NCBI GenBank assembly: GCA_009841265.1
Contig: VXMB01000009.1
Coordinates: forward strand, 93,951-157,950
Direction: 5' to 3'
DNA: 64,000 bases
Source of the DNA: Gemmatimonadota bacterium
Lineage (GTDB): Bacteria > JAAXHH01
Shown here: positions 1 through 7,576 of the stretch, piece by piece
How the letters are laid out: every line of letters starts with the position of its first letter
How positions within the stretch are numbered: position 1 is the first letter of the stretch
The notes under the pieces: model-generated
The model's database searches: none
What the model was told of the DNA's origin: nothing
What the model saw: only the letters and a program-made list of their open reading frames with translations
Translations under genes and position numbers: made by a program

Positions 1-2279
1 AACTCTCCGAGCAGACCTTCGTAGTCGATGATGAATCCGTGCTCCTTCTCGATGCCGTCCTCCTCGAAGAGCCGGTTCACGCGCATGATCGCCTGCAGAA
101 GGTTGTGCTCTCGGATCGAGCGGCAGAGGTACAGCACCGTGTTCCGAGGTGCGTCGAAGCCGGTCAGGAGCTTTGAGACGACAATGAGGATCTCCGGATG
201 CTCCGAGTGCTTGAACGCGTCGATGATCTGACGGTTGTATTCGCCCTCCGTCCCGTACCGGTCCATCATGCGCTCCCAGAACGCGCCGACCACGCTCTTG
301 GAGTCGTGATCCACGTCCTCGTTGCCCTCGTGGTCGTCGGGAGGCGAGATGACGATCTCGCTAGTCACATGGCCGATCTCGTCGAGGATCTCCTTGTACC
401 GGCACGCAGCTGCCTTTGATGGTGCGACGAGTTGCGCCTTGAACCCACTGCCCTGCCAGTGTTGCCGGTAATGTTCGGAGATGTCGAACGCCCTGGCGTG
501 TATCGCCTGTTCGGTGCGTGCCAGCGCGTTCAAGCGGGAGTACTTCTGCTTCAGATCCGCCCGCTGTTGCTCGCTCAGGCCTTCGCTCAGTTTGTCGAAC
601 CAGGAGTCGATGGTTTCTGGGTTGATTTGCTGTTCGACGATCCTTCCTTCGTAAAGCAGGGAGACGACCGCCTCGTCCCGGACCGCTTGGTCGATCGCGT
701 ATCTGTGTATCAGTCCTCCGAAGGTGGTCAGGGTGTTCTTCTCCCTCTGCAGAAGAGGCGTTCCCGTGAAACCAAGGTAACAGGCCTTTCCAAGAATACG
801 TCGCATCTTGCCGGCCAACTGTCCGAACCCACCGTGCGATCCCGTCTGCGTACGGTGGCTTTCGTCTACCAGTACGAATACGTTGGGATCCTCATCGATC
901 ACCTGGCCGACGCGCGAAGCCGTGTCGAACTTGTTGATGATTGTCGTAACCAGCGGCGTCTTGTTCTGAATCAGGGAGATCAGGTGTGTGCCGGTCGTGG
1001 CCCGAACGGGTTCCATTTCGCACGACTTGAAGGTGTCCTTGATCTGCCGGTCTAGATCGTCACGGTCCGTAACAATGACAATGCGCGGGTTGGAGATCGT
1101 CTCTTCCAGGGCCAGCGCTTTGCCCAACATGACCATGGTAAGCGACTTACCGGTCCCGGGCGTGTGCCATATCACACCGCCCCTGCGGACATCCTGCAAA
1201 TCGAACTGCCTGACCCGTTCCACGGCTCTGCGCACGGCAAAGTACTGCTGGTGCCTGGCTATCTTACGTTCACCGCCATCGAACACGGTGAAACGCCGCA
1301 CAAGGTCCAGCAGGCGCTCGCGTCGGCACAGGGCGTAAAGCGCTTCGTCCTGCTCGGTGACCTGCCGTCCTTCTCCGGCGATAGCAGCCTCGTAGTGCGA
1401 CCGCGCAGAGGCGAGATTGCCCGAGTAGACCGCTTCGGCTTCGGCCACAGCCAGGGGTCGATCGACGAGATCTCGAAGGGGATCCCGGGGCGGATACTCC
1501 GCCTGTTCGTCCGGATCGAACACTACATCCGGTGGCAGTATTTCAGTATCCTCCAATTCGTTCTGCAGGGTAGCATGCGATCCCTCAACGGTAGTCTCCT
1601 CCTCCCGCCAGGTCTGCCAGAACCTACTCTGCGTGCCCACCGTCGCATAACGGGCCTCCCGTCGGTTCATGGACAACAGAAGCTGCGCGAAGTGGAACAG
1701 GTGTGGAATCTCGTCTTCTCTCTGGTATCCGATCAACTGGCTGTCGGCCTTCTTCAGACGCTCCGTCGGCCGCTTGTTCTCGATTACGATGAAGGGGATC
1801 CCGTTGACGAAGGCGACGATATCGCATCGGCGGGTCCTGGTACTGCTGGTCCGCTCCACCGTCATTTCAGCCGTCACGTGATAGGTGTTGTTGTCCGGAT
1901 TCTCCCAGTCGACGTAGCGGAAGGAATAGGATTTCGAATCGCCGTCGATGGTCTTGGTGATCGTCGTGCCGAGTACCAGCGTATCGTATACGTCCTGATT
2001 GGTTCCGCGCAGCCCCTTGAGCCGGTCCGGCGTCGGTTTCAGTCGTCGCATCGCCTCGTGGGCATCTTCGAGATTGAAGGGATACTCCTTGCCCCGGTGG
2101 GTAAAGCGGTTGAGCTTCAGAAGTTGATCAGCCAGTACGTCATCGAGCGTGACGTTGCGCAACCTGTCTCCGCGTAACCGCAACGCTTCTTCTGGAGAAA
2201 GTGGCGTAAAACCCATCGCAACCAGAAGATGCAGGGCCGGTATCTGGGACTGGTGTTTTTCAGTGGCGTCAAAGATCAT
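1..2279 (-). CDS. hsdR: Type I restriction enzyme R subunit HsdR, N-terminal ~760 aa; the C-terminus runs off the window start
   Basis: Reverse-strand translation from the ATG at 2279-2277 reads MIFDATEKHQSQIPALHLLVAMGFTPLSPEEA... Helicase motif I 'VIWHTPGTGKSLTMV' lies at ~1130-1180 and the DEAH box 'LVDESHRTQ' at ~840-900. The gene is absent from the ORF track because its stop codon is off-window. Confidence 0.9.
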   Translation of the reverse strand, partial: MIFDATEKHQSQIPALHLLVAMGFTPLSPEEALRLRGDRLRNVTLDDVLADQLLKLNRFTHRGKEYPFNLEDAHEAMRRLKPTPDRLKGLRGTNQDVYDTLVLGTTITKTIDGDSKSYSFRYVDWENPDNNTYHVTAEMTVERTSSTRTRRCDIVAFVNGIPFIVIENKRPTERLKKADSQLIGYQREDEIPHLFHFAQLLLSMNRREARYATVGTQSRFWQTWREEETTVEGSHATLQNELEDTEILPPDVVFDPDEQAEYPPRDPLRDLVDRPLAVAEAEAVYSGNLASARSHYEAAIAGEGRQVTEQDEALYALCRRERLLDLVRRFTVFDGGERKIARHQQYFAVRRAVERVRQFDLQDVRRGGVIWHTPGTGKSLTMVMLGKALALEETISNPRIVIVTDRDDLDRQIKDTFKSCEMEPVRATTGTHLISLIQNKTPLVTTIINKFDTASRVGQVIDEDPNVFVLVDESHRTQTGSHGGFGQLAGKMRRILGKACYLGFTGTPLLQREKNTLTTFGGLIHRYAIDQAVRDEAVVSLLYEGRIVEQQINPETIDSWFDKLSEGLSEQQRADLKQKYSRLNALARTEQAIHARAFDISEHYRQHWQGSGFKAQLVAPSKAAACRYKEILDEIGHVTSEIVISPPDDHEGNEDVDHDSKSVVGAFWERMMDRYGTEGEYNRQIIDAFKHSEHPEILIVVSKLLTGFDAPRNTVLYLCRSIREHNLLQAIMRVNRLFEEDGIEKEHGFIIDYEGLLGE

Positions 2280-2436
2280 GGGGGAGTCAACAGTTGGGGT
2301 GTCGTACGACCTACTAGCAGTTTGAAAACCGAGACAATCGGTTCTAAGTTCTTATGCTAGCATCGAGCTACTTGATATACAGAATATCGTGTGTAACCAT
2401 GGAAGGAATCCTGTCGTAGCAGCGACTATGAAAGAT

Positions 2437-2636
2437 CTACCGTCGCATGTGATCAGTCTTATAATCGTATCCTTCGTCCCATTCGAGTTTGCCGAACAGA
2501 TCAAGAATCCGTTTTTGCTCTCGACGTGTAATGAATTCCCGCAAGGCCTTTTCGAGAGTCGTGTCTTCGTCTGCCCACCACTGACGCGCATCGCCTGTTC
2601 GAGAAGATCGGGGTCTACTAATAGATATATCAACAT
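2437..2636 (-). pseudogene. Frameshifted remnant of a VapB-family (PF09957 / DUF2191-like) type II antitoxin, with no cognate vapC
   Basis: Reading frame A from the ATG at 2636 gives MLIYLLVDPDLLEQAMRVSGGQTKT. The +1 frame continues TTLEKALREFITRREQKRILDLFGKLEWDEGYDYKTDHMRR and stops at 2439-2437. Joined, the two pieces match the consensus of this antitoxin family (..DIDDELL.EAMRLTG.KTK.EAV.LALRELV.RR.Q..LLDL.GK..W.GDLD..R). A 1-nt deletion inside an Arg codon near ~2561 explains the frame change. Downstream there is only a 10-codon stub (MVTHDILYIK*) before hsdR. Confidence 0.6.
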
Positions 2637-2640
2637 ACCA

Positions 2641-5600
2641 CTATTCCTTGAAGAGATCGTTACTAGAACTGTCCGTACGCTCGCAGTTATAAAGGCCTGC
2701 TGGCGGTGTTTTCCATTTTCCTTTGGGTGGTTTGTCGCGAAAGTCTTGGCTTGGACGTTTTATCAGTTTTAGAGGATCGATTTCGGCAAATGCTATCGAA
2801 GCCTGCGGTTGTCCGTGCAGGTGGAATACTTCTCGCTCATAAGGTTTCTTGAACGGCATAAAGAAACTACTTCCGCCAAACTGACCGTTGTTTACCAGGA
2901 TAAATCCTTGGAACATGTGGTAATGAATCGCTTCAGCCATTCGGTCGAACGTGCCAACATCTTTGTTTAGCGCACAGATGATATAAAGGTCGCTTCTCGT
3001 ACGGAGATCCGCGGCAAGCGCTAGGTCGGTCGCATCGTAGCAGATTGAGGCTGTCAGACGAAGTGGTTGTTCTTCTTCGGCCTCTTTCTGCCAATGGTAG
3101 TTGATCAGCCATTGCGCAGGCCTAAATCCCACTGGTTTAGGATTTAGGTTACGTTCAGCCTCCGTAATATGTGCTTTTCCCTGTTCGATTCGTTTGATTT
3201 GGAGTCCATCTGATCTGCTCTTGTCAGGAATTAACCAGAGAGCACTGTTTATTATCGGAGAACCTGGATGTTGTTCTCTGTGGTGATAAACTTGACCTAA
3301 TAACACAATACACCGGTACTGCTGCACAAATGGCCGTAGATACGTATCTATATCTTGAGGATGAATGGAAAGTTCGGGGAACACAAGAAGGTTGATGCCC
3401 CTTTCATTAGGGCTGCTTATATGTGACTCGCGTACACGTAACTGTTGGTAGACACCTGCCATTATCGCAGATAGATGTTTCCGGCACTCGGACCGTATCT
3501 CATGCGCACAGAGTTCCGGTTTATCGCTGTGCAGGTTGTAATGTTCGAAACTGGGAACCACAGACTGAACGATCCCTATGCGGAGGGCGCGATCGCGTCT
3601 AATTTCATGGGGACGGTGTGGCAATGGTGCTGACTGTTCCAGAATCGTTGTGGATGTATACTGGCCCCTTTTTTTCCTGATGTGTTCCAGTTGGGATGAC
3701 ACTGTACTAAGTAGTTCGTGGACCGGGACGATATCGTGTCCCACCCCCGCCCCTGGCCAGCGCAACAGATCGAAGAGCAGATTCTCTGTGAACTGCGAGA
3801 TTGGTAGCCAATCTGGACCAAACGCATCTCGTCCTTGATAGCCGGCATATCTTTGCTGTTCCCAGTGCGAGACTGGCTTGGTATATCTCGGATAGCTTCT
3901 GCTGCGAGTTTTAGATATATTGAAAAGAAATTCGTTCGAACCTCGAAGAGCGTAACGAAGAAGGAGTCCTGTATTGAATCGTTGGCGATCTTCTGTGTTT
4001 ACACACCAATCGGGTGAATTGAAGAACGGAGTCATATATTCAATGATCGACTTATGTTCAATCGAATCATCTTCAATCTTACCGAATTCATAGCCTTTAG
4101 GTTTTGGATGCTTCAGAGAGAACCAAATACCGGCAGGAACTAACGGCTCAGCGAATATAGTCGAATCTTGACCGAGTAGGTATTCCGCCAGTAACAGGAG
4201 ATTCTCCTCCTCATGAAAAGGGTTTTCAGCATCGGGGGAGAGATCGGATAATGTCTGCTTCTTCGGAGATTCTCCATCAAGTGGGATTATAGACTGACCG
4301 TTGTTTTCAGACGGTTCGAGCCCAAGGTGAATGGCAAGTCGTCTAACATCTTTCCCTGATCCATGGCTGGCTGTTGTCCAGAGCTTCTTCGCGACCGAGG
4401 GTGAAATCGAATTCACTTTCAACAGATAATCTCGAGAAACCCGACTGGTAGACACAAGTTTATCAGGTTCTTGGATTCCAAATGCCGTGATAGTCTCTAC
4501 CAGGAATATCGAACGCTGCTCTAGGTCGTAGGAAACACTGCTGCGAATGAACTTGAGAAGTCTCCAATAGTCGCTTAGTAAGACTCCCCCTTTTCGGGTA
4601 TCTGTTGTGGGCACGGTCTCTGGAATTTGATTTCTTGTAGCGAGATAGAGAAATACCTGCTGCATTAAATACCAAGGAAATCGTGTACCGGACCTAGATT
4701 TCGTAATGAATGCAGAGACTATAGACTTTGCTTCTCTGACAAGCCTTTCATGGTATTTCTCAATGGAAACCTCGCTTGGCAGAGAATCAACTTCTACATC
4801 TGGGACCATACCGGTTTCCGTCGCTCCTACTCGAAAGAGTTCCGCAAGGCAATAAAGCATGATCTCCCGTCTCGACCCTCGAGTTTCTGGCGATTTCCAG
4901 CCTTGTCGGAGCAATTGTAGTACTTTATCCAAGAACTGGTGACTTGGATAGAAATCAAGAGCAATACGAAGTAAGCGTACATGCCCTGGATTCCTTATCC
5001 ACTCACCAATGAGTAGAGATGAAAAGGCTTTCCCCCTTTCATCCAATTGAGATTTCGTAAGTGCAAAGTTCGGGACAGATTCCGTGGTATCCTGGTCTTC
5101 ATCCATGGATTCAGGAATTTCCTCATCCGGTAAAAGCGGCCGCAGGGAGCGAAACGTGCGTCTCATCCTCCCGGCGGCGAAGCGCGCTACCGTTTCATCC
5201 GGCATGTCGGGAACCCCGTCCAGAGTTTCATCGAGTTTACCTATTTCCGAAGTAGCGTAGTGCTGCTGTCTGTAGAAGAAGCTTTCTATGGCACCGATTA
5301 ATTCGGTTCCGAGGGTTGCGTCAAATACACCGGAAGCCCGTTTCTGAATCCGCGCAGCTTCTTGCGATTGTTTAACGAGCAGACGATTTTCTCTGGTCTC
5401 GATTGTTGCGGTAGTCTTTTCATCGTCCGGAATTTCAAGACCGTGTGCCTCCGAAGAAAGAAGATCATTCATCGTCCTGATTACGTGTTGTCGTACATCT
5501 TCTTCGTTAATTGACAAACTCGTAGGAAAACTCATGACCAGTCGAAAATCGTCCACGTAGTAACAGATATCTTCCAGATACAATTGTTCCAATTCAGTTA

Positions 5601-6573
5601 CATCACCTAGTTTCTGTTGAACGAGTTTCTTTTTAAGTATTTGATCCAAATCGATAAGTGCGATGTTCGCGAAGAACCCACTGGCCACGAGTCCCTGCGG
5701 AAGAACCACCTCCATAAATCCATCATCGATGTCATTCGCTTCGGCATACCTTAGTGCTCTGTCTCGATCCGAGAAATGCCAGCGCCAATTCAAAACACGT
5801 TCAGCAAGATCGAAGAAAGAACTTTCATCCGATGATTCTTGAAACTCTCGTAGTTTTGGGTGCAACATTGAGGGACGCACCCGATCATAGAATTTCGATA
5901 AATCGGATTGAACTACCGCGACATCCAAGTCCTTGTTTTCACGCGACTTCAATTCGTTCTTTACGTGCCTTGGTCGCTCCAGAAACTTCCTATAGTCTTG
6001 GAAATAGCCGCGGTACAGTTTAGAACTTCCCCAGCGGTTCCTCAGGTTGGATTCCCCGACTTTATCGCAAAGTAGCCTGTGGCCGTACGCGAGGATCTTT
6101 TTTCGATTATTGCCCCTTGTCACGTCCAGACGGGGGTCACCAAGCCTAGTCTCAACTCGGTCCGCAAGGCAGAGCAAAATAGCAGTCGCCACAACCTGAT
6201 CTCCCAGATCAACGTGCGCAAGTGGACGGATGTAGTCCTTTTTCCTCTGATCCTTCTGACTCATAGGATTTGATTTTGACCTTATCTTCTTTACCCTTTC
6301 CGGTCTCCATCTTTCGTTCTCGTCGATCTCCCATCGTTGGTTCTTTGGAGCGGGTACGAACCTCAAGGGTCGAGGTTCCCACTGATCTGGCTTCTGCAGA
6401 CGAGCCTGTACTTCACCTAGGAACGAGGATACGCGCAATGATTGCATATCGATCCCAAGAGTATCGGCGTACCAGCTATGAGACCGCAGATAGGAAGATG
6501 TTTTCTTCCAAGCCTGCATCAGGACACATTCCATTCCGAGGTCCCTGAGGGTTGGTCTTAAAGTCTGTTGCAT
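2641..6573 (-). CDS. Defense-associated reverse transcriptase fused to a C-terminal nitrilase (C-N hydrolase) domain, 1310 aa; DRT type 1-like (UG1 class of UG/Abi RTs; UG5/UG6 cannot be excluded without alignment)
   Basis: The N-terminal ~420 aa carry ordered RT motifs: 'RPLRFVPAPK' (motif 1), 'IRPLAHVDLGDQVVATAILLCLADRVE' (motif 2), 'VVQSDLSKFYDRV' (motif A), 'VLPQGLVASGFFANIAL' (motif B') and 'CYYVDDFRLV' (catalytic YxDD). The middle ~550 aa are helical-repeat-like, with no catalytic motif. The C-terminal ~290 aa have the nitrilase Glu-Lys-Cys triad in context: 'LLVFPELSI', 'QGKAHITEAE', 'LTASICYDATD'. GC content (~45%) is clearly lower than the flanks. Confidence 0.85.
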   Translation of the reverse strand: MQQTLRPTLRDLGMECVLMQAWKKTSSYLRSHSWYADTLGIDMQSLRVSSFLGEVQARLQKPDQWEPRPLRFVPAPKNQRWEIDENERWRPERVKKIRSKSNPMSQKDQRKKDYIRPLAHVDLGDQVVATAILLCLADRVETRLGDPRLDVTRGNNRKKILAYGHRLLCDKVGESNLRNRWGSSKLYRGYFQDYRKFLERPRHVKNELKSRENKDLDVAVVQSDLSKFYDRVRPSMLHPKLREFQESSDESSFFDLAERVLNWRWHFSDRDRALRYAEANDIDDGFMEVVLPQGLVASGFFANIALIDLDQILKKKLVQQKLGDVTELEQLYLEDICYYVDDFRLVMSFPTSLSINEEDVRQHVIRTMNDLLSSEAHGLEIPDDEKTTATIETRENRLLVKQSQEAARIQKRASGVFDATLGTELIGAIESFFYRQQHYATSEIGKLDETLDGVPDMPDETVARFAAGRMRRTFRSLRPLLPDEEIPESMDEDQDTTESVPNFALTKSQLDERGKAFSSLLIGEWIRNPGHVRLLRIALDFYPSHQFLDKVLQLLRQGWKSPETRGSRREIMLYCLAELFRVGATETGMVPDVEVDSLPSEVSIEKYHERLVREAKSIVSAFITKSRSGTRFPWYLMQQVFLYLATRNQIPETVPTTDTRKGGVLLSDYWRLLKFIRSSVSYDLEQRSIFLVETITAFGIQEPDKLVSTSRVSRDYLLKVNSISPSVAKKLWTTASHGSGKDVRRLAIHLGLEPSENNGQSIIPLDGESPKKQTLSDLSPDAENPFHEEENLLLLAEYLLGQDSTIFAEPLVPAGIWFSLKHPKPKGYEFGKIEDDSIEHKSIIEYMTPFFNSPDWCVNTEDRQRFNTGLLLRYALRGSNEFLFNISKTRSRSYPRYTKPVSHWEQQRYAGYQGRDAFGPDWLPISQFTENLLFDLLRWPGAGVGHDIVPVHELLSTVSSQLEHIRKKRGQYTSTTILEQSAPLPHRPHEIRRDRALRIGIVQSVVPSFEHYNLHSDKPELCAHEIRSECRKHLSAIMAGVYQQLRVRESHISSPNERGINLLVFPELSIHPQDIDTYLRPFVQQYRCIVLLGQVYHHREQHPGSPIINSALWLIPDKSRSDGLQIKRIEQGKAHITEAERNLNPKPVGFRPAQWLINYHWQKEAEEEQPLRLTASICYDATDLALAADLRTRSDLYIICALNKDVGTFDRMAEAIHYHMFQGFILVNNGQFGGSSFFMPFKKPYEREVFHLHGQPQASIAFAEIDPLKLIKRPSQDFRDKPPKGKWKTPPAGLYNCERTDSSSNDLFKE

Positions 6574-6956
6574 GCCACTTGCCCTTAAAGGTGCGCTAGC
6601 GACTAGAATGGTTTAGCACTCTCAATTGGCTTATTGTGTTTTATCCCTTAGGACCGAATTGAGATCAGCTTGCCTATGTCACAATAACCGCTGAATACGG
6701 CTTTCTAAATTCCGATCGATTGCGCTGAGAAAGACGGTAGTGTTTTGCCGTGGTTTCTAAGCAACCAGTCTGTCGGCTTTCCACGGTCAAATCGCTATAT
6801 TGCCTCCTTAAGGTAATAACTTCGTAACAGCGGATATTTGATGTAATATCGAACTATTACTTTCCAATCTGCTGGTACGATAGGACATTCGTTGACATAG
6901 ATCGACTGGTACCGCACCCGTTTAAAAACGAATCAAGAATTGAGATTGCGTTCGCA
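6574..6956 (-). promoter_or_regulatory. 383-bp AT-rich non-coding leader upstream of the RT-nitrilase; a candidate promoter and/or structured ncRNA
   Basis: No ORF of 60 aa or more on either strand. It contains a perfect Shine-Dalgarno 'TAAGGAGG' (minus strand, ~6800) that is not followed by an ATG (only a TTG 12 nt downstream, opening a 44-codon frame). It also has 'ggtaccag' direct repeats and several short inverted repeats. Several other DRT types place a template ncRNA 5' of the RT. Confidence 0.3.
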
Positions 6957-7298
6957 CTACCACCTAAGTCGCTTACTATATGTATATCGCGATGGCTCAA
7001 ATTTACCATAATGCGCGAACTCGATCATTCTGACACATCCAAATACGATTTCGTGCAAGAATTCCACACTTACCAAGGGCATCTTAAAACTTCGTTGTTC
7101 TTCGATTAGGAAGTATCTCCAGTCGAACGAACCAATGTAATCATCACCTATCTTGTTTGGGTCGCCATCCAGATTTGTAAGGAAGTCCTGCAAAGTCTTA
7201 AACGGAAACGTCTTCCCCACAAATGCCTTGTAATCGGAATAGTACTCACGCAACGTTTCTTTGTCTTCCGATTCGAACAAATCGAACAGGATAGTCAA
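6957..7298 (-). CDS. Hypothetical protein, 113 aa with a TTG start; probably the C-terminal part of a ~204-aa protein whose frame is split from the upstream ORF
   Basis: Low-GC ORF reading MTILFDLFESEDKETLREYYSDYKAF... Its frame stays open upstream (WQKKVPRKHS) through the A8 tract. The TTG start at 7298-7296 overlaps the stop of the upstream ORF by 2 nt. No recognizable motif. Confidence 0.5.
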   Translation of the reverse strand: MTILFDLFESEDKETLREYYSDYKAFVGKTFPFKTLQDFLTNLDGDPNKIGDDYIGSFDWRYFLIEEQRSFKMPLVSVEFLHEIVFGCVRMIEFAHYGKFEPSRYTYSKRLRW

Positions 7299-7570
7299 CG
7301 AGTGTTTACGTGGTACTTTTTTTTGCCACGTACATACAAAAGTGCCTTGAACGACTCTTCAACGAGGAAATAACCAGCGACAACGTAACCCCAAGCCTGC
7401 GCCACCTCATGACTAGGTAGTAAATCAGGAGTCACAGGGCATTTCTTGTACTTTTCTTGCTCTTTCTCCAAAGCTGTATCTAACCCAGTCATCATCCAGA
7501 TCGGATCTTTGAAGCCTACAATCTGTTTTGTTGCCACGATAGAACTCCCTTTATCGTTCGTACCCATCAT
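7295..7570 (-). CDS. Hypothetical protein, 91 aa; probably the N-terminal part of the same ~204-aa protein
   Basis: Starts 6 nt after the hsdS stop (7577), so it is probably co-transcribed with hsdM-hsdS. Ends ...ALLYVRGKKKYHVNTR*, passing in frame through the A8 run. No recognizable motif. Confidence 0.5.
   Translation of the reverse strand: MMGTNDKGSSIVATKQIVGFKDPIWMMTGLDTALEKEQEKYKKCPVTPDLLPSHEVAQAWGYVVAGYFLVEESFKALLYVRGKKKYHVNTR
7316..7322 (-). other. A_AAA_AAG heptamer (dnaX-type -1 frameshift slippery motif) inside an A8 homopolymer, at the junction of the two small ORFs
   Basis: Minus strand reads ggc-aaa-aaa-aag-tac in the zero frame of the 91-aa ORF. A -1 slip (or one extra A) continues directly into the 113-aa ORF frame: ...VRGKKK|VPRKHSLTILFDLFE... 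Confidence 0.5.
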
Positions 7571-7576
7571 CCATCA

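Noticed and set aside
432-2177. Plus-strand ORFs of 207 and 337 aa (432-1055, 1164-2177) and several short ones in the first 2.2 kb
   Set aside because: They lie antisense to the clearly motif-bearing hsdR reading frame. Their compositions (Arg/Gly/Pro-rich, no motifs) are typical of shadow ORFs in high-GC DNA.
2406-2436. 10-codon ORF MVTHDILYIK* immediately after the vapB-like remnant, as a possible vapC N-terminal stub
   Set aside because: Too short and too weakly PIN-like (the LLDTNV motif is not matched) to call. Mentioned only in the context of the vapB remnant.
2389-2772. 127-aa plus-strand ORF overlapping the 3' end of the RT gene and the vapB remnant
   Set aside because: It overlaps the RT stop region by ~130 nt and is antisense to the recognizable vapB-like frames; no motif. 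Probably spurious.
6650-6800. 44-codon TTG-initiated frame 12 nt downstream of the perfect SD in the RT leader
   Set aside because: Non-ATG start, suboptimal spacing and no compositional signal of coding. Kept only as part of the leader/ncRNA finding.
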